Shown one piece after another: positions 7,792 to 18,239 of a stretch of 64,000 nucleotides of DNA. Position 1 is the first letter of the stretch; the number at the start of each line of letters is the position of its first letter. The translations under genes were made by a program, and so were the position numbers. This DNA is from an uncultured Clostridia bacterium. GTDB lineage: Bacteria > Bacillota > Clostridia > Christensenellales > UBA1242. The stretch spans positions 7,526-71,525 of the forward strand of contig CAMRSX010000007.1 of the NCBI GenBank assembly GCA_947053595.1, written 5' to 3'. The notes below the pieces were generated by a model, which was given only the letters and a program-made list of their open reading frames with translations, ran no database searches and was not told where the DNA came from.

Positions 7792-10485
7792 TCACCCTCC
7801 GCAACAATTCTTAAACTTCTTTCCGCTTCCGCATGGGCAAGCATCATTTCTGCCCACTTTTGGCGCAGTGTTTCTTTCTGTCTGTTGCTTCTTGATTTCT
7901 TGAGGGCGCTCTGGCACATTGTAAACGCGGGATTCTTGATATTTTGGCTGTTGTTTTGGCTCTGGCTGTTTCACTTCAATGGAGGTGTTAAGCAGCACAA
8001 TACACGCAACTTCTCTGATTTTTTCAATCATCTCGTCAAACATATCATAGCCTTCTTTTTTGTAGGCAATGATTGGGTCTTGATTTCCAAAACCTCGTGC
8101 AAAAATTTCGTTTTTCATGGTTTGCATATCGTCAATGTGGTTCATCCAGTTGTTGTCCACCACTTTCAAAAGCACAAAGCGTTCAATCTTTTCAAAATCG
8201 ATGCCATATTTTCCGGCCTCGTTCATGCGCTCGTTATATCTCTTTTCCACAAGGGTTAAGACAGCGTTTTCCAAATCTTCGCGGTCAAAGCCCTCGCAAA
8301 ACTCTTCTGTGATGAGGTTTTTGTCTTTTTCCAGAAGTCCGCGCTCCAGCTCGGTGTTGATTTTCTCAAAATCCCATTCAAAATATGGCTTTTCATCGTT
8401 GACGCACTTATCACACACCTTGGAAATGACGCCCGGAAACATTCCCATAATTTGCGAGTGCACTTCCAAGCCGTCCAAAACCTTGTTTCTTTCTTTGTAA
8501 ATCACCTCTCTTTGGGCGTTCATGACATCGTCAAACTGCAAGACGGTTTTTCTCATTGCAAAGTTTTGAATTTCAATCTTTTTCTGCGCACCTTCAATTT
8601 GTCTTGAAAGGATTTTAAGCTGAATTGGCGTGCCCTCTTCCAAGCGGAAGAATTGTGCAATGTTTTTCAGGCGGTCTCCGCCAAATCTGCGGATGAGGTC
8701 GTCTTCCAACGAGAGGAAAAACACGCTGGAGCCCGGGTCACCCTGACGCGAAGCACGCCCGCGCAGCTGGTTGTCAATACGCCTGCTTTCATGGCGTTCG
8801 GTGCCCACAATGTGAAGCCCGCCCGCAGCCTTCACTTCTTCTTTTTCGGCGTCGGTGGTTTGTTTATATTCACGATAAAGCTGATTGAACCTTTCACGCG
8901 CCTTTTTCATATCCGCATCGTCCACCGTGTTGAAGGCGGTGGCATAGGAAATTTGCTCTTCGGTGAAATCTTCTTCTTGCATTTTCTTTTTTGCCATAAA
9001 CTCGGCATTTCCGCCCAGAAGAATGTCGGTTCCGCGGCCTGCCATGTTGGTGGCAATGGTGACAGCATCTTTTCTGCCTGCCTGAGCAACAATCATGCTT
9101 TCTTGTTCGTGATTTTTGGCGTTAAGCACGGTGTGCTTGATGCCCGCTTCCTTCAAAGCGTTTGAAATCAGCTCACTTTTTTCAATGGTGATGGTGCCAA
9201 TCAAAATTGGCTGCCCTGTGGCGTGCCTATGCTTGATTTCTTCCACAATGGCCTTGATTTTGCCTTTTTCGGTGGTGAAAACAATGTCTGGCTCGTCCAC
9301 GCGGATGTTTGGACGGTTGGTTGGAATGGTGACAACGTCCAGTTTGTAAATTGCTCTAAACTCCCCTTCTTCCGTCTTGGCTGTTCCCGTCATGCCGGAC
9401 AGTTTGTTGTAAATTCTGAAGAAATTTTGGAAGGTTATGGTGCCAAGGGTTTTGTTTTCATCCTTAATTTCCACGCCTTCTTTGGCCTCAATGGCTTGGT
9501 GCAAGCCGTCATTATATCTTCTTCCTGGCATAACACGGCCGGTGAATTCATCCACAATCACCACTTCGCCGTCTTTCACGATGTAGTTTTCATCCTTAAA
9601 CATCACAAAGTTTGCCTTCATGGCGTTGTTGATATAGTGATTTGTTTCGATGTTGTCCACATCTGAAAGGTTGTCAGTGCCATAAAAACGCTCTGCCTTT
9701 GTGACGCCGCTTTCTGTGAGGTTGAGCGCTTTGGTTTTTTCGTCCTTTTCCCAGTCTTCAGGCTTCAACTGCTTGACAAACTTTTGCGCCTTAACATAGT
9801 TGTCGCTGGATTTCATTCCGCGTCCAGAAATGATGAGTGGCGTGCGGGCTTCATCAATCAAGATGGAGTCCACCTCGTCCACAATGGCAAAGTTGTGCCC
9901 TCTTTGAACGCGCTGCTCTTTCATGATTGCCATGTTGTCGCGAAGATAATCAAAGCCAATTTCGTTGTTGGTGCAATAGGTTATGTCGCTGTTATAGGCT
10001 TCCTTCTTTGCCTGCTCTCTCATGCCCGACACAATCACGCCCACAGAAAGACCCAAAAATTTGTAAACCTTTCCCATCCACTCGGCGTCACGCTTTGCCA
10101 AATATTCATTCACCGTCACAACATGCACGCCCAACCCCGAAATGGCATTGAGATATGCCGGCAGCGTTGCCACCAAGGTTTTTCCTTCACCGGTTGCCAT
10201 TTCTGCAATACGCCCCTGATGAAGCGCAATGCCGCCCAAAATCTGCACATAGAAGTGACGCATGTTCAAAACTCTGTCTGCAGCCTCACGCATGACGGCA
10301 AATGCCTCTGGCAGCAAATCGTTTAAGCTTTCACCCGCCTGATATCGCTGCTTAAAATCCTGAGTGCAAGCGCGAAGCTCTTCGTCTGAAAGCGTGCGAT
10401 ATTTCTCTTCCAACGCCACAACTTTGTCGGCAATTTTTCTCAGTTTTTTCACTTGAGATTTGTTTTCATTTCCAAAAAGTCCCAT
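7792..10485 (-). CDS. secA: preprotein translocase ATPase SecA
   Basis: 897 aa. Walker A MATGEGKTLV, DEAD-like DEVDSILIDEARTPLIISG, and the C-terminal zinc motif CPCGSGKKFKNCCG. Confidence 0.95.
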   Translation of the reverse strand: MGLFGNENKSQVKKLRKIADKVVALEEKYRTLSDEELRACTQDFKQRYQAGESLNDLLPEAFAVMREAADRVLNMRHFYVQILGGIALHQGRIAEMATGEGKTLVATLPAYLNAISGLGVHVVTVNEYLAKRDAEWMGKVYKFLGLSVGVIVSGMREQAKKEAYNSDITYCTNNEIGFDYLRDNMAIMKEQRVQRGHNFAIVDEVDSILIDEARTPLIISGRGMKSSDNYVKAQKFVKQLKPEDWEKDEKTKALNLTESGVTKAERFYGTDNLSDVDNIETNHYINNAMKANFVMFKDENYIVKDGEVVIVDEFTGRVMPGRRYNDGLHQAIEAKEGVEIKDENKTLGTITFQNFFRIYNKLSGMTGTAKTEEGEFRAIYKLDVVTIPTNRPNIRVDEPDIVFTTEKGKIKAIVEEIKHRHATGQPILIGTITIEKSELISNALKEAGIKHTVLNAKNHEQESMIVAQAGRKDAVTIATNMAGRGTDILLGGNAEFMAKKKMQEEDFTEEQISYATAFNTVDDADMKKARERFNQLYREYKQTTDAEKEEVKAAGGLHIVGTERHESRRIDNQLRGRASRQGDPGSSVFFLSLEDDLIRRFGGDRLKNIAQFFRLEEGTPIQLKILSRQIEGAQKKIEIQNFAMRKTVLQFDDVMNAQREVIYKERNKVLDGLEVHSQIMGMFPGVISKVCDKCVNDEKPYFEWDFEKINTELERGLLEKDKNLITEEFCEGFDREDLENAVLTLVEKRYNERMNEAGKYGIDFEKIERFVLLKVVDNNWMNHIDDMQTMKNEIFARGFGNQDPIIAYKKEGYDMFDEMIEKIREVACIVLLNTSIEVKQPEPKQQPKYQESRVYNVPERPQEIKKQQTERNTAPKVGRNDACPCGSGKKFKNCCGG

Positions 10486-10656
10486 CTTTTTCTCCTGTCA
10501 ACTTTAGAGCATAAAAAATTAAGCCCAAAAGATTTTTAATTAATTATTTCAATAATAGCAAAAAATAAGAAAAAACACAACTTTTTGTTGATAAAAACCT
10601 TTCAAAATCAAAAAATAAATTGATGAAGTTTTGTGACAAATATTTTCCGACAAAAT

Positions 10657-10685
10657 TTGACATCAAGTTAAATTTATGATATAAT
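10657..10685 (+). promoter_or_regulatory. consensus sigma-70 promoter of the 2081-aa ORF
   Basis: TTGACA 10657-10662, 17-nt spacer, TATAAT 10680-10685. Confidence 0.65.
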
Positions 10686-10714
10686 TATTGAAACTCATTT
10701 TTTGGGAGGACATT

Positions 10715-13700
10715 ATGCCAATTTTTGGAAAAGACAAATCAAAAAAGCCCGAAGCTGCCCTTAAAGATTTTTCTTTGGTTTCCACTTCTAATGCAGAAAA
10801 CTCTGATGCACCGGAAGTGAGCACAATGCATGAAGAAAACACCAACGGAAACAGCGAAAAAGCTTTTGGCAAATGGGGCCCAAACAGAAAGAAAGTTTTG
10901 TTGGATGCAATATTAAACTTGCCAGAAGATGAAAAGCAAGCCATTTTTGAGTATTGCAATTATTTTTCTTCTGACTTTGAAAAATTTCAAAAAGAAAACG
11001 CTGCTCTCTTAAAAGATGAAGCACAAGGCAAAAGCCATGCCGACGCAGAAAGAGATGCAAAGATTTTCTTTGCTGTCAACTCACGCCTTGCAGACACCAC
11101 TGGGCTTGTAAACAAAAGGCTGGAGATGATTAAAAGCAAACTTGCCCTTTCACAAGATTTAAAGAAAGAGCTTATGCAACTTTGCAACAAAGTTAGTTTG
11201 TCACAGGAACAAATTGCAAACGAGTTTTGCCACGCGCAGAAAAAGCAAAGCGAATATCAAAAGTTTTTGACAGAGCATCACTTGGAAGACAGCGAAGCCG
11301 CCAAATCTGAATTTTTTCAATCTCAGATGCTCCCTTTGTATGAAGAAATTGAAAAAGGTGAAACCAACCTTGCAATTCGTGCGCAAGAATATGCCAAACA
11401 ACACCAATCAGACTTTGAATATTATAAACAAGAGCGAAAAGCTGCAACAGGAGCCCTGCCAGAAAACATTGCAGTTGCTGATTTTTTCTTGCATGAAAGC
11501 GGGATGAAATATGGAGTGGAACCTTCAAGATATTTCACAACTCGCGACAAAACGCATGATGATTTGATTATGAAAGAGGTGCAAGCAAAAGCAGCGGCGG
11601 AAGACAAAGCGCTTGTGGAAGGCTTTGAACTGCAAATTGAAGCCTTTTCAGTTGTTTTTGCAGATGAGTTTCAAGAATTTAAATCGGCATACAACAAATT
11701 TCTTGATGCAACTGCCCAGCATGAATTTGGAGCAGACATAAGCCACCTTTTTGTGAATGACATAAAACATCTTGCAGAAAAGACGGGAGATGAGCTGACC
11801 GAAGAGGAATTGAAGCTTAGATTTTATAAAGACCAATTGACAAAACCAGACTTTTCTGAAAGGCTTGATGTTGTCAGTCAATATATTTCCATCGTCAACC
11901 CAGATTTTGACCCTGTGCTTGCAAAAGAAGCAAACGCATATAATGTGCTTTATTCAGACAGGCTTGAAGGCTTTAAAAAGCTTTATCGAGATGACAAGCT
12001 TGCACTTGCTTTTGCCATAACAGAGCAGAGAAAGCAGCAAAGTCCTGAATTTGAAAATGTTCAAACATATCTTCAAATAAGAGAAAATAATTTTTCAAAT
12101 GAAAAAGTGAAAGATTTGATTGCTTATGTCAGCAGTCCTTTTGGCGACGAGATTAGAAATCATCCTTCTTTTAATAAAGACCCCGCCGCTTGCATTGTTT
12201 TGTTTACAGAACTGGAAAAGGCACGCGATGCAAAGTTTTTTGAACTAAAAATGGATGTTGCAAAAGATAGTTCAAAAGTTTCAAAAACCACTGTTGACAG
12301 ACTTAAAATGGCTGACACCTTTGTTGGCCTGAATGGAGAAGACTTCAAAAGTTTCTGCAAACAAAATGAACTTCAAGATTCAATGGCTGTAAAAGAACTT
12401 TATTTTCTTTCAAAAAACCCTATTGCTTATGCAAAAATGAAAGCCGAAGAAAAAGCTTTTGGCACTGTGCAACAATTTTCAAAAGCAGGCATGGAAAATC
12501 ACTATGCCTTCCCTTACGTGGACAAAGACGGAAATGAAAAGCACTTTGTTGTGAGAGAGCAGCTTGCCATTGGCGGAGAGTTTTCTGCACCAGAATATCC
12601 AAAATATTGGGCAGTGATTAACAAAACCAAAGATGAAAATGGTCACGATGATTTTGAAGAGTTTGAACTTGCCAAGGCTGCCGATGGGCATTTGAACATC
12701 ATGTCCATTGGCGAACAGATTTGCGTTAAAACATCCACAGAATCGTTGCTTAACATTCCAATTTCACAAAAAAACAGCCAAGTTTTTGACATTTTGGTGA
12801 ATTTAGCTGCACAAATCCCTTCTGACAAGCTTGAACTTCATGAAAACGAAAATTTTGCCGATGTTGTTAAAGATTTTGAATTTGAAAAAGACTTCACCCA
12901 TATTGCTGAAAATCTTTTGGTTTGCGAAGACAAAGAAAAAAATGAAACATATTATCATTTTAAAACAAATCAATCCGATGGCACAAACTATGTCAATTTC
13001 ACCAAGGCTGCAGACGGAAAACTTTACACAACCATAAACATCAATGAATCACAAGAACAAGTGCGTGTGGATGAAGCTTCTTTTGAAGCAGGAATTGCTT
13101 CTGATTTGGGCGTTTTAACTTTGACAGTTGCCTCAAAAGATGGAACTGTGCGTAAAGTTTCTTGCGACGGCTTTAATTTCGCCGACCAAATTGAAGTCCT
13201 CCTTGAAGGAAAGCACCCCCTTGCCATTGCCTCAAATTTTATTCCAAACTCAACAGCGCTTAAGCCAAACCATGTTGAGGAACTTTCCAAAACACAACAG
13301 CCAATTATGGCAGAACCAAAAGAATATTTTAACGATATTTTGCTGTGTGGAGACCTTGCCAAACCGGAGCCTGCTTATGTTTTCTTTCAACATACCGAAG
13401 ACGGAATAAACACAGAATATTTTCAAGTGATTAAAAAAGATGACGAGTTTTTCATCAATCTTCAAGGAATTGAAGAAGGAAAACCTGTCACCTGCAAAAT
13501 CAACGGCAGCAACATCACAAAGAAAGAAGATGGGAATGAAAGCCTTGAGTTGGATGTCACCTTCAATGGCGAAAAACACAAATTGTCTTATGTAACTTTT
13601 CAAAAAATTAACGCACGCTCATACAAAGCACTTGATTATTTAATCAACAACAAAGACCTTGGTGGAATTGGCAGCGTCCCCGCAGTCATTTCGCCAGAAA

Positions 13701-16700
13701 ATGTCCCTGCGGTTTACAACCTTAAAAAATCCATTATTGACCATCCTTATGAAGTGGAAAACAACCTTGAAAATATGGACAAAGTTGTTTCCACAACAAG
13801 AAAAGGCCAAGAACTTACCAAAACCAATTTCGCCTTTGGTGGGGAAAACATAAGTGGTTTAAGTCAAGATATTGAGCTTGGCATGGGGAAGAAAGACAAC
13901 AGCTATGTTGACAAACTTGGCATAAGCGGCACACAAAAACTGACTGTATATGAAGACAACCAAATGCTTTTGAATGTCACAAAAGGTGAAAACACTGTTG
14001 CTGTTTTCAGAAGCGAAAAAACCGCTGATGGCAAAGAGCAAACTGTGCTTTATGTTGCAAAAGACACGATTGACCAGCTTAACAATGGCAAAAACATCCT
14101 TCCAACCCAAACAGCTGGTGATTTTTATAAGTTTGAAATTGACAGCTTAAAGCTTTCAAAAGACCTCAACATTGAGGATGTTCAAATTAAAGGCGTCGGA
14201 AAAGAGGCAGCCTTCATGTTCTCCGCGCTTGGCGTGCAAGCTGCAAGCAAACTTGGAAAATCAATCTTGCGCAATGCTGACACCAATCAAAAAGTGCCAT
14301 TTGACATTGGCGTTTCTTCTTCCTTTGTTCAAAAGGCGCTGTCAAATCAAAACGGCTGCACCATGGACACAACAGAGCCAGCATTTTCGCAAACTCTGAT
14401 TGCACTTTCCAACCTTCACAGCAAGCAATTTGAAGGAAAATCTGACGAAGAGCTTGCCCAAGCAGTCAAAAATGGTGAAACAACCCTCGTTCTCAGCAAC
14501 AATCCTGCAATCAGCATCTGTGCCCTTCCACTCAAAAATGAGAAAGGAGAAGTTGAATTCTATCATTTCAAACAGCAAGACGGAAAAACTTCGCTTTACA
14601 TTCAAACCAACACCAACGCTAACAGAAGCACAGTGCCACAATATCGTGACATCAACAAGGCAATGCTTTTTGCTGACGCGGCTGACAAAACCTCCAATCC
14701 TGCACTTGGCATGGAATTTCCGGGGCAAAAGGGAGAAAATAAACTGACACAAATTGCCATCAATCTTGATAAGTTTGACGACTTTAATGCAACCAGCCTT
14801 GATGCTCTTGAAAAAATGAAACCGCTGGAAAAAGAGTCAGCTGGTGCAGCTCGCACCATTTATGCGCGAAATGACGGCACAACTTATTATGTTGTCAAGT
14901 CGCACGGTGAGAAGATTTCCACCATGCGCAGAGAGCAAGGCGAACTCCTCCAGCCAAGCCGTGAACCTGAAGTGGAGCAAATTGACAATCTCACCCCTCC
15001 ACCAATCACCGCTTATGCACCTGTTGAGCCTTTCCCAGACATTGTTTTGCCAAAGCCGACGGATGTGTCAAGATTTATTCCAACAGAAACCATCAACATC
15101 CACGATGCAGAGGTTGCCCCACAAACAGAAACAGTTGAAGAAGTTAAACCTGTTGAACCACCAATTGCAGAGGCAGAAAATACTGGTGACGATTCTTCAA
15201 ACATAATAACCGAAAACTCAGCCACAACAAATGAAAGAGAAACAACCGCTGATGCAACCCCTCCTCCTGCCCAAGAGCAAGCCGCTTCACAAGGCGGAGA
15301 AAAGAAGGAAAATAAGAAGGATGTGGCTTTGAAGGATGTTAAAAAGACAGACCTGTTTGATGTCAACACTCAAGGTCCAAACACCAAGTTGCGCGCTGCA
15401 TGGTTGACTGCCGCAGGTGCAGCCGTGGGATTGTCGTGTCTGCTTCCTCTTCCAATTTTCAACATTCTTGCCATGCTGTTTGCTTCTTTTGCGCTGGCAA
15501 CCGATTTGGAAATTGTCAACAATCTCAAAAAGGCACTCAACTGGGTGTATAAAGCTGGCGAAAGAAGAAAAGAACGCAACGAAAAGAAGAAAGAACTGCA
15601 GCGTGACTTGCAGAATGTTAAAAATCTGAACAAAGAACTTAAACAAGAAAAACAAGCTTATAAAGAAATTGTTAAAGACGAAAAGCAAAAAGAAAAAGAC
15701 AGAATTGCAAAAGAAAACTCACTTGATGGCAGGCTGGAAAATCAAGAAAAAGTTATGGCAGAACTTAAGGCAAGGCGAGATGAAATTTTGAATTCGGATA
15801 TGTCCATTGCCGACAAACAGAAAGCGATGAACGAACTTAACAGCCAAATTATTCCAGCGCAAAAAGAATATGAAAAACTTCAACAAGAAAAAGCTGTGGC
15901 AGATGCTGCCGCAGCCATGAAGCAAGCAAATGAAAAGTCTAAAGAGGCAGCCCAGAATGAAAAAGAGGCAACTGCGCAGCTTGCTGAGCGTCAAAAACTT
16001 AATGAAGCTTACAAAGAAGAAAAACTGCGCACAATGCGCCTTCCAAAGGACATGACGTCCACTGAACTTGGTGAAGTGCTGAAAGAATTGAAAGCAGCCA
16101 ATGCAGATGTGACAAAAGCCACAGACAACAGAAATGCAAAAGAAACCGCATTAAAAGACAGATTGGCAGAAGAAAAGACAGCCAAAGACGAGCAAAACCT
16201 GTCCAGAGATGTAAGAGACAAAGCCCTGCATGATGTTGAAGCAAGAAACAGGCTGATTAAGGAAGTGGACCAAGACCTCAAGCAAATTGATGAATTTGAA
16301 AACAAGGGCAGCCTTGGCGTCTTGACAGACGAGGAAAGAAAGAGGCTGGAAAAACTCAAGAAAAAATATGGCAAGCAATTTTCTGAATTTTCCGATTCTT
16401 ATTATAGCTATGACTCAGACAAATTGAATGCATATTTGTCAGATTTGAGAGACAGTTTGAAAGACCTTGACGCAAAACAAAAGTCCGCCGAACAAGAATT
16501 CAGCACAAAATCAGACGCCTTTGAAAATGCAAAACAAAACACCAACACAGCAAAACAAGACTTTTCTGATGCCGACAAAGCATGGAGAGAAGCCCGCGGA
16601 AAAGCCGACCGTATTGAAAGAACCTTTGGCAACGAAGAGCAAATTGAGCAGAAAATTGATGACACCCAAAAGCTTGAAGAGCAGATGGCAAAAAACATAG

Positions 16701-16960
16701 AAAAACTTACGCAAGAAAAGGCTGCTGCCAAAGAAGCTGCCGAAGCTGCAAAACAAGCAAAAGAAGAGGCCGAAAGAGATAGACAAGAAAAAGAATCCAT
16801 AAAAAGCAAAAAGGGCAAAGACTTTTTGGAAGATTTCAAACTTTCTTTTGACGAACCAACTGCTGACACTTCTGCAAGAGAGAATGCAGAGGTCAACCCA
16901 AGCATTCCTCCTCGCACAAATCAACATTCAATGGGAGATAATGGTCGCGAACGAATTTAA
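10715..16960 (+). CDS. giant hypothetical protein (2081 aa): modular N-terminal region, P/E/T-rich spacer, one hydrophobic hairpin, ~480-aa K/E-rich coiled-coil tail
   Basis: Uninterrupted ORF. GGGAGGA lies 5 nt before ATG 10715; the track start 10688 is TTG. The hydrophobic segment LRAAWLTAAGAAVGLSCLLPLPIFNILAMLFASFALATDL is encoded at about 15385-15510. It has its own promoter and terminator. Confidence 0.75.
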   Translation: MPIFGKDKSKKPEAALKDFSLVSTSNAENSDAPEVSTMHEENTNGNSEKAFGKWGPNRKKVLLDAILNLPEDEKQAIFEYCNYFSSDFEKFQKENAALLKDEAQGKSHADAERDAKIFFAVNSRLADTTGLVNKRLEMIKSKLALSQDLKKELMQLCNKVSLSQEQIANEFCHAQKKQSEYQKFLTEHHLEDSEAAKSEFFQSQMLPLYEEIEKGETNLAIRAQEYAKQHQSDFEYYKQERKAATGALPENIAVADFFLHESGMKYGVEPSRYFTTRDKTHDDLIMKEVQAKAAAEDKALVEGFELQIEAFSVVFADEFQEFKSAYNKFLDATAQHEFGADISHLFVNDIKHLAEKTGDELTEEELKLRFYKDQLTKPDFSERLDVVSQYISIVNPDFDPVLAKEANAYNVLYSDRLEGFKKLYRDDKLALAFAITEQRKQQSPEFENVQTYLQIRENNFSNEKVKDLIAYVSSPFGDEIRNHPSFNKDPAACIVLFTELEKARDAKFFELKMDVAKDSSKVSKTTVDRLKMADTFVGLNGEDFKSFCKQNELQDSMAVKELYFLSKNPIAYAKMKAEEKAFGTVQQFSKAGMENHYAFPYVDKDGNEKHFVVREQLAIGGEFSAPEYPKYWAVINKTKDENGHDDFEEFELAKAADGHLNIMSIGEQICVKTSTESLLNIPISQKNSQVFDILVNLAAQIPSDKLELHENENFADVVKDFEFEKDFTHIAENLLVCEDKEKNETYYHFKTNQSDGTNYVNFTKAADGKLYTTININESQEQVRVDEASFEAGIASDLGVLTLTVASKDGTVRKVSCDGFNFADQIEVLLEGKHPLAIASNFIPNSTALKPNHVEELSKTQQPIMAEPKEYFNDILLCGDLAKPEPAYVFFQHTEDGINTEYFQVIKKDDEFFINLQGIEEGKPVTCKINGSNITKKEDGNESLELDVTFNGEKHKLSYVTFQKINARSYKALDYLINNKDLGGIGSVPAVISPENVPAVYNLKKSIIDHPYEVENNLENMDKVVSTTRKGQELTKTNFAFGGENISGLSQDIELGMGKKDNSYVDKLGISGTQKLTVYEDNQMLLNVTKGENTVAVFRSEKTADGKEQTVLYVAKDTIDQLNNGKNILPTQTAGDFYKFEIDSLKLSKDLNIEDVQIKGVGKEAAFMFSALGVQAASKLGKSILRNADTNQKVPFDIGVSSSFVQKALSNQNGCTMDTTEPAFSQTLIALSNLHSKQFEGKSDEELAQAVKNGETTLVLSNNPAISICALPLKNEKGEVEFYHFKQQDGKTSLYIQTNTNANRSTVPQYRDINKAMLFADAADKTSNPALGMEFPGQKGENKLTQIAINLDKFDDFNATSLDALEKMKPLEKESAGAARTIYARNDGTTYYVVKSHGEKISTMRREQGELLQPSREPEVEQIDNLTPPPITAYAPVEPFPDIVLPKPTDVSRFIPTETINIHDAEVAPQTETVEEVKPVEPPIAEAENTGDDSSNIITENSATTNERETTADATPPPAQEQAASQGGEKKENKKDVALKDVKKTDLFDVNTQGPNTKLRAAWLTAAGAAVGLSCLLPLPIFNILAMLFASFALATDLEIVNNLKKALNWVYKAGERRKERNEKKKELQRDLQNVKNLNKELKQEKQAYKEIVKDEKQKEKDRIAKENSLDGRLENQEKVMAELKARRDEILNSDMSIADKQKAMNELNSQIIPAQKEYEKLQQEKAVADAAAAMKQANEKSKEAAQNEKEATAQLAERQKLNEAYKEEKLRTMRLPKDMTSTELGEVLKELKAANADVTKATDNRNAKETALKDRLAEEKTAKDEQNLSRDVRDKALHDVEARNRLIKEVDQDLKQIDEFENKGSLGVLTDEERKRLEKLKKKYGKQFSEFSDSYYSYDSDKLNAYLSDLRDSLKDLDAKQKSAEQEFSTKSDAFENAKQNTNTAKQDFSDADKAWREARGKADRIERTFGNEEQIEQKIDDTQKLEEQMAKNIEKLTQEKAAAKEAAEAAKQAKEEAERDRQEKESIKSKKGKDFLEDFKLSFDEPTADTSARENAEVNPSIPPRTNQHSMGDNGRERI

Positions 16961-16977
16961 AGCTTAAAGCAAAATTC

Positions 16978-17010
16978 AAAAAGGAGACAACTTCTCCTTT
17001 TTGTTTTTTT
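16978..17010 (+). terminator. intrinsic terminator
   Basis: AAGGAGA-CAACT-TCTCCTT stem followed by a T-run. Confidence 0.65.
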
Positions 17011-17117
17011 ATGCAAAAGGCTTTAAAATTTTGGCAGCGTGTGATATAATAACTTAAAAAAAGTTTGGGCTTGTTTTCTTATGAAAAAGCACAAAACAAA
17101 AAAAACAGGAGAAAAAC

Positions 17118-18212
17118 ATGAAAATTGGTGTTGTTGGATTGCCAAATGTTGGCAAAAGTTCACTTTTTAATGCCATAACGGAGGCTGGTGCCGAAAGTGC
17201 CAACTATCCTTTTTGCACAATCGAGCCAAACATTGGCATTGTGGATGTGCCAGACAAAAGATTGGATGTGCTTGGAAAGATGTATAACACACAAAAAATC
17301 ACGCCTGCCAGCATTGAGTTTGTGGACATTGCAGGGCTTGTTGCCGGTGCCAGCCATGGCGAAGGCTTGGGAAACAAATTTTTAAGCCACATTCGCGAAG
17401 TGGATGCCATTGTGCATGTGGTGAGGTGTTTTGAAAATGACAAAATCATTCATGTCTGCGGCACCATCAACCCAAAGCGAGATATTGAAACCATTGAAAT
17501 GGAACTTGCCCTTGCTGACCTAGAACAAGTGACAAAGTTTTTGGAGAAAAACGAAAAGATTGCAAGGCAAAACAAAGACAAAACGCTTGTTGCCACCGTG
17601 GAGATGCTCTCCCGCATCAAACAAGCACTGGAAGTTGGAAAGCAAGCCCGCACTTTGGAATTTTCTGAGGAAGAGCAGAAGCTTGTCAAAAACTTTTCGC
17701 TTCTCACCCTAAAGCCAGTGATTTATGTTGCCAACATTTTTGAAGACGAAATTGCCTCCTCTGACAACAAATATGTTGAAGCTGTAAAAGAAATTGCAAA
17801 GGAAGAAAATTCTAAAGTTGTGGTTTTGTGCGCAAAACTTGAAGAAGAGCTTGTGGGGCTGGATGCAGAAGAAAAAGAGCTCTTCAAGCAAGAGCTTGGA
17901 ATTAAAGAAAGCGGTCTGGAAAAACTTGTGGCTTCCAGCTATGACCTACTTGGGCTGATGAGCTATCTCACCGCTGGCGAAAAGGAAGTTCGCGCTTGGA
18001 CAATTGTTAAAGGCACAAAAGCGCCTCAGGCTGCTGGAAAAATTCACACCGATTTTGAAAAAGGGTTCATCAAAGCGGAAATTGTTTCTTATGCCGACCT
18101 TATTGAAGCTGGCAGTTTCTTAAAAGCCAAAGAAAAAGGCAAGGTGCGCATGGAAGGAAAGGAGTATGTTGTACAAGACGGCGATGTTGTTTTGTTCCGT
18201 TTTAACAACTAA
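17118..18212 (+). CDS. ychF: ribosome-binding ATPase YchF
   Basis: MKIGVVGLPNVGKSSLFNA P-loop, FCTIEPN, a C-terminal TGS-like end, 364 aa. Confidence 0.9.
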   Translation: MKIGVVGLPNVGKSSLFNAITEAGAESANYPFCTIEPNIGIVDVPDKRLDVLGKMYNTQKITPASIEFVDIAGLVAGASHGEGLGNKFLSHIREVDAIVHVVRCFENDKIIHVCGTINPKRDIETIEMELALADLEQVTKFLEKNEKIARQNKDKTLVATVEMLSRIKQALEVGKQARTLEFSEEEQKLVKNFSLLTLKPVIYVANIFEDEIASSDNKYVEAVKEIAKEENSKVVVLCAKLEEELVGLDAEEKELFKQELGIKESGLEKLVASSYDLLGLMSYLTAGEKEVRAWTIVKGTKAPQAAGKIHTDFEKGFIKAEIVSYADLIEAGSFLKAKEKGKVRMEGKEYVVQDGDVVLFRFNN

Positions 18213-18239
18213 GCTGGGACAGACACCAAAGTTTTTACA

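Noticed and set aside
10486-10714. oriC at the divergent secA / giant-ORF switch
   Set aside because: No TTATCCACA-like boxes occur in this spacer, only an AT-rich promoter region.
15520-16900. DNA-level tandem repeat in the K/E-rich tail of the 2081-aa ORF
   Set aside because: It shows compositional bias (AAA/GAA codons) only. I could not find a repeating nucleotide unit.
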